Notes: generated by a model from the sequence alone, not told the origin. A DNA stretch of 61,743 nucleotides, filler included, from Basidiobolus meristosporus CBS 931.73 (GCA_002104905.1; 3 parts of 3 records of this genome joined end to end with filler, not necessarily neighbours in it); one strand, 5' to 3'. Positions 24,430-37,574 are shown, numbered from the whole stretch's first letter. A program made the numbers and translations.

Positions 24430-25794
24430 TCATCTTCTCCTGGGTTTTTTTCTCACAGGGATTACTGCTGAAGCATTTGGTAGTGACTCACTTTGCACAC
24501 CTATACTACTTCCTGGCTGACTGTCATCTTGACTACTTGTGTATTTGTAGTCAGTATTTTGCCTCCTAGTTGATGAGTGCAATGCTGCAGCTTGGCTGCA
24601 CTGAATTGCTCCAACGGAACCAACTGAACCGGCCTGGAGTGCCACGTACTGACGTGTTCCTATACTTGCCAAGGGCTCTAGTGGTTGCGGCACTTCATGT
24701 TGGTTATCATCAGTCAGTTCACCAGAAGTAACTTGCTGATGGTCAGGCAAAAAGGCACATGCAGGCGCAACTTGACATGTTGAGATGGCCCTTGGCTGAG
24801 TTTGATGTGATGCTGCATGTTGACGCAACTTGGTTTGCTCCAATGGACTTGTGTCTAAATGAGCAGTTTGGCAAGTTCTGGTAGTTTTGCTATGAGGCGC
24901 ACGTGTTGACCCAACGCACGTTGACTCAATGCATGTTGACTCAATGCAGGGCGTTCTGGTTAAGGGTGTTTGCATAGTCTGGACTGACATGCACTGGCAT
25001 GCTGTGGTTACAAGAGATGGTAAGGAATCCAGCAAGGTGTGCTGGCGCAATCTGGACAATGTTGCTAGTGGTCTGTATTCTTCCTCCTGAAGATCACCAT
25101 CTGATTCCTCAAGGTATTCACTTACCCTCTGTCTGATACTTTGGAGCTGTTGCCTGGATGAGTCCTGTGTATATTGTTCTTGGAAGCCACTTAGCTCTAC
25201 TAATATATCACATAGTACATTGGTCATTTGAGGCAAAAACTCATTCAAGAACTCTTTGGTTCCCAAAGTTGGGGCACAAGCAGATGCGTCCAGCCTGTAC
25301 TGTGCAAATTGCGTGCAAAATTGTTCCCGCACAGCTTCTTCATCAGATCCCCTCACTCTCAGCTCATTCTTGATTTCAATACTTGTCTTGTTATATATCT
25401 TCTTACATACTGTTACAAGTCTTGGTATAAGAGTTGTAGAGGAATAGGGAGTTTAGCTAGTATTGTATTCACTAAAACTTGAACTGATTTTTATTGAGGT
25501 TCCAGCAGCTCCTTATATACATTTTGCCAGATCAATTGCTGACTAATTGTATTTCCTAATGTAGGTTGTGGCTGATGACTCATTTGATTGCATCATCATC
25601 ACCCAATAAGATCCTACTTAATATATCTATTTCTGTCTGATAAGGATCTGCTGATTCATTTGCTGACTAATGCTACTGATTTCATAGATAATACTGATGT
25701 ACTGATAACCTAAACATATACTAACTGATTTGACTAAAAACTGATCTAACTTAAACATTCAAGCGGCAGATCATAACAATACATTGGCTGGCAT
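24430..25794 (-). pseudogene. Accessory SAP-like ORF, copy 2, disrupted by solo LTR B
   Basis: Homologous to 20117-21151; LTR inserted a few codons after the ATG at 25794; extra A near the 3' end. Confidence 0.75.
25411..25778 (-). mobile_element. Solo LTR family B
   Basis: 368 bp; 4-bp TSD ATAC, confirmed by the empty site tcttacATACattggc in copy 1 (about 21099-21102). Confidence 0.95.
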
Positions 25795-26421
25795 CTTGAT
25801 GTAGAACTCATGCCACAGCTTTCTACTCAAATTCTTCCATCTATGTTGACTCTCTGAGGTATCTAGTTCTGCTAGATTAATCAGTAGTGCTCAAATATCT
25901 GCATGAAGGCTCATCATAGACACTTGGGCCATACTAAAATTATTTGGCAAGAACTCAAACAGCTCCAACATTGACTTTTCCAGTCCGGACCACGCTTACA
26001 AACTGGGAGATGGGTTTTGTCTGGGTTGTACTACAGAGGAGCTGAGACTTGGTATGGGGACCATAGCAACAGATTTGGATACTTATACAGCAGTATATTA
26101 GCATCAACCTGGTCTTATATAAATATATATGAAAACTAATGTGATTGTGAATTTTCCATATATTATGCATGATGCATCTTGGATTGCGTTGACATGGAGC
26201 AGATCACATCAATTGCAGATTTCCTATTTGTTTATAGACCTATGAGTAAAGCATCAAACAAAGTACCAAGGCATTGTTTGCGGATAATTTTTGCAACATT
26301 ATGATGGGATACATGGCAATTGATGGAAATTTAATCATAATGCATCAAAAATCAGATAAATAACGCAGATCACGCCAAATTGATTCAAACCACCTCCATA
26401 CAATCATCCACCAATTTTAAT

Positions 26422-27303
26422 ATGACTTACTCATCTGAACAGTCTTTTCTCATCAATCGCATCACTACCACTGGATTTCCTTTTGACACACTAGAGGAGA
26501 TCTATTCCAGGTACTGTGGACCATCTACCCCAATCTACTCAAGGAGATCCCTTGTTAAGCTTCTCTGCTATTACAAGAACTATTGCCCTACAAGGTCTCA
26601 TCACACCATCCATGGCAACAAAAGTCCTAGAAGCTTTTATTCCCAGCTGACAGCAATGAAGAACCACCTTGCAGAGTGTATGAATGACTTAGAGCAAGCT
26701 TGGAACACTAGTTTCTGAAGCTCCAATAGACTTCCATATCCCAGAGTACTCAGCAACAGGTTCCGTATCAGGAGTATTTTGGATACCTTCCCAATGAGGA
26801 TTAACAGACCTTCTAGAGGGCAGAGGCACTTTTATTCTGGCAAGTACAAGGCATCTGCATGAAGTTTCAAGCACTGTCTGACATCTTGGGTAACATCATC
26901 TGGTTTAGTGGGCCATTTGCTGGAAGTAGGCATGACAAAGCACTCTGGGTAGATAATCATCCTGAATTCAGTAGAGGGGAGAAATGTATGGCAGACTTAG
27001 CCTATATAGGAGAGGATTGTCAGAGATTGGGATGTATTACAGCTTATAGGAAGCCAAGGAATGGTGTGCTTAGCAGGAAGCAGAAGCTCTACAATGAGAT
27101 ATTTAATCATTTCAGAGTTAGGGTAGAGCACATTTGGATATCTGAAGAGATTCAGCATGTTGGCAGGTAAATACAGAGGAAAGTCATATATAGGAGAAAA
27201 CAGCAGAATAGGTAAGATAGTTAAGATACTTATTAATGCACAGTATGCTCATACAAGAAGACATCCACTGAGAGAAATGTGTCTGGAGCATTATGAAGAG
27301 TAA
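26422..27303 (+). pseudogene. IS5/ISL2/Harbinger-type DDE transposase, copy 2
   Basis: Same motifs as copy 1 (ILDTFP, MADLAY, RVRVEH); in-frame TGA and two frame breaks. Confidence 0.85.
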
Positions 27304-27876
27304 ATAAAGCAAGGAAAGCACTACTCTGAGCAACATAAGTAAGATTGAGTAAAATTACCAGTACCTGTATTATACCACTGGCATCATGGTAGAAATTATA
27401 GTGCCAGATAGTGCCGTAGGGTGCCAGATCCATCCAGCACTATAAACAGGCTGGCACTACATGGCACTATCCAACAGAACAAGTCTACTGGTTTATTTCC
27501 ATTATGTCTGAGTTTTAACTCTACTGCCTATTGTTCTGACCCCAACAAGTCCTACTACTTAACACTGTCATTAAAATTAGCCTTGCAGTCATCAAAGAAC
27601 TCCACTAAAATACACCATTCTTTGAGTTTTTTGGCTGAAATACCCCTTTACCATCCCTATGGCATCATGCCATTGTCCAGTCACTGACTCCAATCTATGC
27701 TAGTCTTCTGCCCTCACGGTAAGGTCTGGCACCTCATTTGCCAGCCTCTGCAATACATCCATCCAATATTCAAGGTTGTTTTGTTGAGCACTGCCTCATA
27801 TGTAGTGCAGCAACCTTTTGCTGTAGCTGTTATTTGCCCCAAAACTCCACTGTATGCATTTAAACAATCTCTATAG

Positions 27877-28200
27877 TGTTATAAATTGTGATATAAGAGT
27901 TGTAGAAGAGTAGGAGATTACCTAGTATTGTATTCACTAAAAGTTGAACTGATTTTCATTGAGGTTCCTGCAGCTGCTGATATACATATCGCCAGATCTA
28001 TTGCAGATTATTTGTATTTCCCAAGGTAGGTTGTGGCTGATGACTCATTTGACTGCATCATTATCACCCAGTAAGATTCTCCTCAAAATATCTATTTCTG
28101 TCTGATAATGATCTGCTAACGCTACTGCCAACTAACACTCTGGATTTGATTGATAGCACTGATATACTAATAGGCTAAGCATAAAGCTTATTGATTTGAC
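27877..28200 (-). mobile_element. Truncated, diverged LTR family B
   Basis: Homology to the reverse complement of 58606-58973; ends prematurely. Confidence 0.75.
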
Positions 28201-28562
28201 ATTGTAGCCTTGTCTGTGAGAGTGATCTCAGCTTTGTCAGCAATGGAGAGCATGAAGGCCTTGGAAGACAAATTGCCTTTCTCTGCAAACTCCTTTACCT
28301 TTCTAGAGTATAGCTTGACCAGCTGCACTTCAAACTCATGAGGAAACTGCTGTTATCATCCTGATAAATCCACTCAGTTAATATGGAATTCAGGCTGTTG
28401 CATGCTTGTGACATTCATTGGCAGGAACTGCATCTATTTCTTGTGATTCTCTATCTCTTGCACAGGTGAACACTTCCCTGTACCTTTTCCTTAGTCACAG
28501 CCAGGTTTTTTTACAGCAGATATGTCTATGTGCCTCTTTTATTGAACTATGTTATCTTTCTA

Positions 28563-28931
28563 TGTTGCAAGTTTTAATATAAGAGTTGTAGGGGAATAGG
28601 GATCTTGACTAGTATTGTATCTACTAAACCTTAAGCTGATTCTTATTGAGGTTCCAGCAGCTCCTTATGAACATTTTTCCAGATCAATTGCTGACTAATT
28701 GTATTTCATAATGTACATAGTGGGTGATAACTCATTTGATAGCATCATCTTCACCTACTTAAATGCCACATGATATATCTATGCCTGTTGGATGAGAATC
28801 TGCTGATTTGTCTACTGACTAATATTACCAATTTGATAGATGGTGCTGACACACCCAAACATTCTATACACTACTGATTGATTTGACTAAAGACTTCTCT
28901 AACTTAAACAATCAAGAAGCAGATCATAGCA
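28563..28931 (-). mobile_element. Solo LTR family B (diverged)
   Basis: Full length with TG...CA ends; TSD not cleanly preserved. Confidence 0.85.
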
Positions 28932-28939
28932 CTTAAAAA

Positions 28940-29860
28940 ATGCTACACTGGGGCATCTGTGTCAGCCTGCTTGTTGCTTATTGGTACTCCTGCAACAGCT
29001 GTTGCTTCTTTGGCACTTGTTCTTAGCTTTGAGTCCTGATTGTAATAGGCTCCTGAGGAAGCTGTGATATTATCATAGCAAGTCCCTAACAGCTATATTC
29101 ACTGCATGCTTCTTTGTAAGAACTAAGACTCTTCCTTAATAAATACTGAGCTGGGGCATCTATTTCAGCCTGCTTGTCCCTCACAAGCTCTGTTCTGGCT
29201 GGCTGACATATCTTTGCCATTTGTATTAGCTTTTGGTCTAGTTTTCAATTATGTCACACTTGTACTTCTGCCTTTTGTATTTTCTGCTATTCTTGTAATA
29301 CTTTCTTAGCATACTAATGCTGGCCCCAGTATTTTTGTGCTTCAATGACTTCAGAGTATTCCTCTGCTGCTACAACATGAAACAGCTGAGCTTTTGGCTG
29401 CAACATTAAGTCACTTGTATTCCTTCTTTGCAGCTAAATAACTGCATTCTCTTCATAGATTACAGATTGCTCTACACATATTATCCACTCATCCAGCCTC
29501 TTGACAACTTCATGATTCCTCAGGTGATTGCATCTATGCTATATGCCATTGCATCTAATGTCTCATTAATGCTCTGTATGAGCCAACTATGTCCTTGCTA
29601 ATAAAGGTGGTGTAAAGTTATGACAGCTAATTGCTAGTCTTTAGCTGGAGGTACTGTATTTGCAGCATTCTTGTCTACCTGAGCCTTATGGCCAGCTTGT
29701 GGCTCTGCAGAGATACTCTTTTGCCAACTTGACTGAGAGCCTGAGTAGTGTGCATATTACTTTTGGTGGGCACACTGTCAACAAGGCCATTATTGGTTGT
29801 TGCCCTGCTTGTTGCATTGAGTGTCATAGAAAGCTGTAGTCTGTCCATTCTTCTACTACC
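28940..29860 (-). repeat. Decayed second copy of the uncharacterised ORF region at 55600-57000
   Basis: Reverse complement matches e.g. ctaagaaag..caagaatagcagaaa, ataatatgtgtagagcaatc, ctctcagtcaagt.ggca..ctctgc.gagccacaagctg. Confidence 0.7.
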
Positions 29861-30066
29861 ATCAGCAGTGACATTTAGTTAGCAACTAGACAACTAAACT
29901 CTATTTTTTTATGGCATTTACATGCAAACAACTTGTGCCCAATGGTGTGACATATGCTGGCAAATCCACTAATATCAAAGATGGGGCTCTGAGAACTTAT
30001 TGCAACCTCTTACTAAAAATACTGAAGGGTGCAATTTACCATAACCATGGTACAAATGGACAACTC

Positions 30067-30435
30067 TGTTATGGTCTGCCACTTGAACACTTAAGTTAGA
30101 TCAGTTTTTAGTCAAATCAATTAGTTATATGATTAGTTTATTGGTATATCAGTATTCACTATCAAGTAAGTAGCATTAGTCAGCAAATGTATCAGTAGAT
30201 TCTTATCAGACAGAAGTAGATATATTAAGTAGGGTCTTATTGGGTGATGATGATGCTATCAAATGAGTTATCAGCAACTACCTACATTAGGAAATACAAT
30301 TAGTCAGCACTTGATCTGGCAAAATGTAGATAAGGAGCTGCTGGAACCTCAATAAAGATCAGTTCAAGTTTTAGTGAACACAAAACTAGCTAAACTCCCT
30401 ATTCCTCTAAAATTCTTACACCAAGACTTGTAACA
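30067..30435 (+). mobile_element. Solo LTR family B
   Basis: 369 bp; flanks ACTC/ACTG (4-bp TSD with one change). Confidence 0.9.
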
Positions 30436-30599
30436 ACTGTCATGTGGTAGGCAATGTATGACACAGACTCCTTGCTTATACCATAATGTGTATCTTGAAA
30501 TAATAGGGGTCCATTTCATTATCAATATGTTATGAGCTAGCACTTAGTTCAATGATGTACTTCAGAATATTAACTTAGAAATTGATATGTAAAATATCT

Positions 30600-31400
30600 G
30601 CAAATTATTAGGAATTAGTGATGTATACAATAGGAAAATCTGCAACTTGTCCAAATGAGCTGAAGCTTGGCACATATACTCCTAGACACTCCCCTGATAG
30701 TGACCAAATAGGTACATTTATATAGTTATGCAATACCTGTAATATCAGTAACTGATACCTATGAGAGGTGTCCACAATCTCATGAGTTGTCTATCATACA
30801 AGGAAAACATCATTGGCAATCAGGACATGTTCCAGTAATACCATGACTAAAGAAGCTTGACCAGTCTAACAAATACTGTGAGGCTATAAAGTACCTTATT
30901 TGGTATCAATCAGGCACACACATTTACAATACATTTAATGGCAAACATCACATTGGTTGATATTACTTTCCAATGTCAAAGATCAAGGTGTTTTTCTCCA
31001 TTACTGACACTGATTACTATTGTCTAAATGCCAGCACCAGGAGTACTGTCACCCTACATAGAGAATGTATATAACTCAGCATGCAATTGCAGTAAAGTTG
31101 GTATGCTATAAGCCATTGGCCAGAATATAGAGTTAGTCATAACTCAGAGATACCACACACAGAGGGAATATGCTGGGCAAAAGCTTTTTGCTGGAAGCAG
31201 TGCAGTTGGCCTTCAATAGTATCCATATAATAATGATCAAATTTTGTATGGGGTGTTCTAAGCTGAATGAGTTTAGTGAGATCCCAGGTAAATAAGAGCA
31301 AATTGGCACTATATTAGAAAGTATTTGCTATCCAAAGTACTTCTGAAAAGCTCAAACCAGTATTCAGGCTTATATACAACAATACAAATTTGATGACTGG
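30600..31400 (+). mobile_element. CACTA/En-Spm transposase remnant
   Basis: Homology to 34900-35400 and 22830-23400. Confidence 0.55.
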
Positions 31401-31559
31401 ATGGACTGAATGTGTAGTCATTCAAATGGTCTTCCATAGTCACTTTGCCAAGGGTACACTGGAAGCATGGTCAAAACATCCAATTGCCTTACATTGCAAG
31501 AAACTGGACTGTATACTGATAGCCTCATTGCAAACCTTCACTGGCATTACAACAGCAGT

Positions 31560-33320
31560 ACAGTGGCCTACAGTTAGGTCTATGAAATACAGATAGAGCT
31601 GCATAATGCTACTGTATCAATTTAGCAATTGGTATTTTATTTTTCTATCTCCTCTTGTGCCAGCCATATATTCCACTGTAGAATCACACGCTTAGTTGCT
31701 TGATCAATGCTACTTTGGGCATTGCACATAAAGTTTTAATCAAAAACCTATGGCCTCCGGCTTACTAACCTCTATATTGGTGCACCCATCTATATCACTT
31801 CAGCTTTAAGGCTTTGTAGTGTGATACTTGCAAAGTTGCCATATTCCTTGTATTTATGGGGACATACTATTGGCAAACATTTACTTTATCGCTCCCACTT
31901 TTGCCATGAATACCTCCTGAATTTCTGCAAAGAACTTATTGGTATTTGGCCAATATACTCCTTCTCCTTGATGAATTCCAGTCACCCTTACAGGGGTGAT
32001 CTGGCACTTGTTTGTGTGACTTCTATAGTGAATGGAGTAGAGATTGGCTTGCAATCAGGAGAAACCTGGTATATTTTGGTAAAGCTGTCCTAATAAGAAT
32101 CTGTTGCTTGTTGTGCTTAACCCAACTCTGCATCACTCAACTGATTAACCACACACTGAAGTTACTAGCTTCTTAGAGCCAAAGGAATAAGTGTCTCCAT
32201 GTACACATCTGACCTCAGTATCTTCTAACTATTTCTGACTATCCTCCATATGCAAACTCATCACATATAAGGCAGGTTTGAGGGTAATGTTCTTGATGAG
32301 ATAGGGATATGATAATTCCAGCAACTTGACTTGTCTTACTACCTCCCCACAAATCTGATCTATAGAAAACCCCCAAAGGGTGAAGCAAGGCCCAATATTT
32401 TCCACACATCAAGTAAGACAGGTAGAGAATGGATACTGTTGTGGCAGAGATCTGCATGTGAAGCATCATGATTATAGTATAGCCACTCAAGTCCTGACAC
32501 AAGCTCCTTGTACAAAAGTTGTAGATAGTTTGAGTTGACATTGGTGATCCACTTCAGAATAAATATTCATACAGTTTTAACATATGACTCCCAATGCTTC
32601 CAATGTACTCCTGGTTAAAATGGCTTCATGAGGCTTCTTGATTGAATAGATATCCAGTTCATCCAGTCCATGCATTTTTATTGTTGCATATGCTTATGAA
32701 TATTGACTGGTGCTTGTAAGATGTACTTTGGGTGGCAGATACTTTGCAATATCATGCCAGTTATTTCAAGTTTCTCCGGTGTCTCAAGGGGCTCATTTAG
32801 CTTGAAATGCCTTATGTACAACTTGGTAATCAGTATAGGGACACTGTAGAAAAGCAAATGCATGCTTGCAGTGGAAAGCTTTTGCCCCAACAGATAACCC
32901 CTATCTCAAGGATCTCCAGCTTCCAATCAAAGTCATATTCCAGCCATTAGCTTAAAGCTCATCCACATTGTTGCAATTGCATACTGACTTCTATATGTTC
33001 CCTCTGTGGGAAGATGATGTTCTCAGTGCTGGTGCTTGGATAATAATAATGTGTGTGAGGTAGGGAGTGGGTACCCTAGATCTCACACATTTGACAGCAA
33101 TACTTTCAATTGATCCCAAAAAAGCTGGATATTTTGCTGATGGCCAGGGTATCTCCAATGCAGATAACAATATGGTCCTTTATGTGATGGCCATTTTGTA
33201 ATATCATGCTGGAAAAGATACAAAACTCATCCAGTAATTTGTACTGGTGGCTATCCAGGTTGGACAGTGATTAAGGCACAGATACCAGCAAGATTACCAT
33301 TGGATTTCTGCTCTGATACT
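31560..33320 (-). mobile_element. CACTA/En-Spm transposase remnant
   Basis: Colinear with 48950-50600 and 57900-58600. Confidence 0.7.
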
Positions 33321-33331
33321 GTAAGATAGGC

Positions 33332-33720
33332 TGAAGATTAAGCACTGTCTGACATTGTGAGTGTATCATCTGATTTACTGGGCCAATTACTGGAAGTTGG
33401 CACAACAAAGCTCTCTGTGCAGAGAATCATCCAGAGCTCTATAGAGGGGAGAAGTGCATGGTATACTTAATATGTATTGGAGAGGATTGTTTGAGATCAG
33501 GATGTATTTCAGCAAGAAAATATCTACTAGCCTCTTGAGCTAGATCCAGAGTGCTATTGGTATTGAGTACCAAATGCATCTGCTCATTCCCTCTGTGCTC
33601 CGGCATATTATACACAATACCATACCCAAAAAAAAGCTCTAAAATTGATTCTCTCTAGCACAGAGGGTTAAATAAATGGGCTACCTTGCATGCTGATATC
33701 AAAATGTATTTCACACTATG
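33332..33720 (+). mobile_element. Third, heavily decayed fragment of the IS5-like transposase, followed by foldback-arm sequence
   Basis: 33332-33523 aligns to aagcactgtctgacat...agaggggagaa.tg.atgg...ggagaggattgt of copy 2; 33540-33720 aligns to the right arm of 35483-36214. Confidence 0.7.
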
Positions 33721-33949
33721 TGACCAGGTATTGGTTTACTTGGTCTCTCTGGAAAACTATGGGACTACTTGGAAATGGGAAAAACAACTGTGTGGCTATT
33801 CCAGTTAGCCCCTCAGCCATGAAGCACCCAGACGGCATAGGAAGTATCAAATGAATCATAGCCAGTACTTTGCTACACAAGTTGCTATTTGAGCATCTAT
33901 CAGTCAGTACAGTACCAACAACATCTGGCTGGCCACTTTTCATTTCTGT

Positions 33950-36900
33950 AGTGGCACCTAACCATACCAGTCACCTTGTGCAGAGCAACTTGGAAGAGTT
34001 GTGACTCCTTCAGCTTTCCTCATCCTTCCTAATATGGTGTGTGGGGCAATAGCTCTGAAGAAGAAGGCTGACTGATGGATTGTGAGCCTATATCTGCAAC
34101 AGTACTCAGGAAGAGCCCACAAAAATCCAAATGTGCAATGAGACTACACTTGTGGAAAAATGCCAAGGATACTTTATGGAGTCAATTAGGACCAGTTATC
34201 CATCTACTTGTGCACAATGTGCTATTGTGGCTAGAGATGTGGCACACTTCCACTAACATCACTAATAGGTGCTTTGAGGATCTAGTGCCACTTCTTGCCA
34301 AAGTCATTCCAGGATGCAACTTTGTATGTACTTGGAGCCAATTAAAAGCCAACATGCAGTTGGCAATAGATGACTCAGAGATCATCCTGATGCCATCATG
34401 TGCTCAAAGCTTCATGGTATTCACATCAGAAAGTGAAACCATTGCAAGGTGGCCAACCTGTAAGGAAAACAAACTATAGAAGGAAAGGATTGCCCACACT
34501 ATGGATATATTCCAGCAATATTCAGTCTATATAAGCACATGCAGTTCAACAAATATTTTAACGCTATTATGTACCACACTCAGTATTGAACTAGTGCAAA
34601 TGTATCCAACATATTAGTTTGAAAGCATTACCAAAAACTAAGAAACAAGGGCAACTATGTAAGCATATATAACTGTAACCTTGCATTGATGCTTGAAGAA
34701 TTCTCATTGAACAGGCACTCTGCCAGTAAGTCTTACTGGCCCCTGGTTCTGATCAACTTGAATCAGCTGCCAATCTTATAATATTCCAGCAGATAATTGA
34801 TGGTTTTGTCACTGACATCTGGGCCAAGATTACCGTCCAACCTGGATAACTACCTTCATCCATTGCTGGATCCATATGATATGCTATCCAGCAGGACATT
34901 AGTAAGTGACCATTAAGTCAAAGTGTGAACTATCATCTGCATTGGAGATACCTCTGGCATCAGTAAGATGGCAAGCTCTTCTGGGAACAAAGGATGATAT
35001 TGCTCTCAAATGTATGGGATCCAAGGGATTTACTCCATAACTGATATGAGTTATTATTATCAAAACACCATCACTAAGAATATCATCTTACTACAGTGTG
35101 AAAAATCAGAAGTCAGTATGCAATTACCGCAAAGCTGGTAAGCTATTAGCTGATGGCCAAAATATGCAAATAATTGAAAACTAGAGATACTAAAGGTAGA
35201 GGTATTCTGTTGGAGCAAAAGCTCTGCACTTAGAGCAATGCATTTGCTTTTAACACTACTCCTATATTAACAACCAAGCTATAAATGGGCCATTTCATTC
35301 TAAACAAGCCCATCTAGATCTGGAATAAACTTGAAAGAATGGGCAAGATATTCCAGATATATCTGCTATCTGAAGTATTTCTCATGAACTCCAATAAATA
35401 TTTTTATGCATATCCAACAATACAAATGCAAGTACTGGATGAGCTGAGTATGGACTTGTTAAAGTGGTCCTCTGAAGTTATAGACTTGTTCCGTTGGATA
35501 GTGCCACATTGAGCCATGAGTGCCAAATGATGCCATAGTGTGCCAGAGAGGTCAAGTAAGCCGATACTTGGCCACAGAGTGTGAAACATAGCTCCGCATC
35601 TTCATGCAAAGCAGCCCCTGTGTTTCACCCATTGCGTAGAAGAAAATCCATTTTTTGACCTGTTTTTGTGGATCAATGTAGCTCAGGATGTGTAAGAGCA
35701 CAGGAGAACTGAAGATATGCATCTGGTACTCAATACTCATGGCACTCTGAATCTAGCTCCTGTAGCTTGTATCATGTCACAAAAATGAATGGCACTATCT
35801 TGGTCCACTGGTACTATCTGGCACTATAAGCGCTTTGTATGGATCTTACTTTAGGGCTAATATTTAAATATAGTGCCAGATAGTACCAGTGGACCAAGAT
35901 AGTGCCATTCATTTTTGTGACATGATACAAGCTACAGGAGCTAGATTCAGAGTGCCATGGGTATTGAGTACCCAATGCATATCTTCAATATGCTTGTGCT
36001 CTAACGCATCCTGCACAACATTGATCCAAAAAAAAAGGTCAAAAAATGGATTTTCTCCAACACAATGGGTGAAACACAGGGGCTGCTTTGCATGAAGATG
36101 CGGAGCTATGTTTCACACTCTGTGGCCAGGTAGAGGCTCACTTGACCTCTCTGGCACACTATGGCATCATTTGGCACTCATGGCTCAATGTGGCACTATC
36201 CAACAGAACAAGTCTAATATCTATCTGCAGTACATGGAAGCATAGGAACTCATATGTTGACAATGTAGGAATATTTATCCAAAGGCATATCACAAATGCC
36301 AACTTGACACATCTACAGCTTTTTTGCAAGGAGTTAGTGTTGAGATTTGGACAGCTATACTGCAAGTATAAGTTGATTGCATAGATCTCTGCTGCTACAG
36401 CGTCTGTTCTCCACTTCATTTTGCTGGTGTGAGGAGAATATTTGACCTTACTTCATCTTTTGGGAGTTTTCTATAGAGTAGATGTGTGGGGAAATGGGAA
36501 ATCAAGCCAAGCTTTTGGTACTACCATATGCCAATCCATTATTAGTAAAACCTTCAAGTTCTTTGTAGATGTGATGAGGTGGCAGATGGACAACAACCAG
36601 GAAGAGTTAGGTAATGCCAAGGATAGATGTGCACATGGTGACACCTATTTCTTTGGTGTTAAGAAGATATGCAGCCCCAATGCATGGGTAATCATCTAAG
36701 ATATGCATAGTTGGGTTGGATGCAACAAGCAACTAGTTCTTATTAGGACAGCTTTACCTGAGTATGCCAGGTTTCTGCGTGATTCAAGCCAATCTCACAC
36801 TGTGCAATACAGAACTCATGTAAATAAGAACCAGAGCATACCTATAATGGAGACTAGAGTCCAGTAAGGAAAAGTAATATACTGGCCCGGTAACAACCAG

Positions 36901-37170
36901 TATTTTACAGATATTCAAGAAGTATTGATAGTAAGATGTATATATTACCAGCAGTACAAGATATAGGTAACTTTGCAAGTTTTGAACTAAAAAGCTGTAA
37001 AATTGAGGTGATAGAGGTATGTAAATTGCAGCAGGTGGGCATGTATGCAGAGGGTAGCAAGCAGGAGGCTGCAGTTTCATTTGATTTGATATATATGTAA
37101 AGTGTCCTTAGTAGTAATGGATAGGCAAATATACTGGGATGACTTTGCATTAAAATATATGATTGGCCCA
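33950..37170 (+). mobile_element. CACTA/En-Spm transposase remnant split by the foldback element
   Basis: Translated fragments GPRLPSNLDNYLHPLLD and GDTSGISKMASSSGNKG.YC resemble the Transposase_21/Tnp2 motifs GPxxPxxLDxYLxPL and GDxPAxxKxxxxxGHxGxxxC. Confidence 0.7.
35483..36214. mobile_element. Non-autonomous foldback element (732 bp; 346-bp inverted arms, 40-bp spacer)
   Basis: Arms 35483-35828 and 35869-36214 are reverse complements; termini GACTTGTTC/GAACAAGTC flanked by TA on both sides. Confidence 0.93.
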
Positions 37171-37229
37171 AGGGGAGGTATCAAAAGGACTAAAAGTGGC
37201 TTGTATGGGTTTTACCTTGGGGCCAATAC

Positions 37230-37574
37230 TCTAGTGTAGTGCCATATATTTATAGTGAGCCAAGATAGTGCTATGCATTTTTGCAATATATGACAAACCT
37301 TTGCTGCAGTATTCAGAGTGTTACAGGTATTGAGTGCAATATGCATGACTTAAGTCCATTTGTGCTTTTAGACATGGTTGTCACATTAATCCAAACAAGA
37401 ACACAATAAGAAATTTCTTAAGTACAACAGGTGGAAAATGGGCTACTTTGCATGTAAATGCAGAATTCAGCTTCACATAGAGTGGCAAAGTGTAGGCATT
37501 CTGCACTTCTCTGTCAGACTATGGCACTATTTGGTACCCACTGCATAATATAGCACTATTGGGCAAAACAAGTA
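37230..37574. mobile_element. Isolated decayed arm of the foldback family
   Basis: Homologous to 35869-36214; ends ...caaaacaagta|ta. Confidence 0.7.

Larger units (their letters stand above)
23688..27485. mobile_element. Two-gene DNA transposon, copy 2 (full length, carries a solo-LTR insertion)
   Basis: TA|GACTTGTTCC ... AGAACAAGTC|TA: 9-bp terminal inverted repeat with TA on both sides and clustered subterminal GGCAC/GTGCC motifs. Confidence 0.9.

Noticed and set aside
19415-27485. Possibility that the transposon's second ORF is a Fanzor/TnpB RNA-guided nuclease
   Set aside because: No RuvC motifs (DPG/DxG, catalytic E, RDxNA) or paired CxxC zinc ribbon in any frame I read.
19415-27485. 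Simple tandem segmental duplication as the origin of the two copies
   Set aside because: Homology stops exactly at the GAACAAGTC terminus and the flanks differ, indicating separate transposition events.
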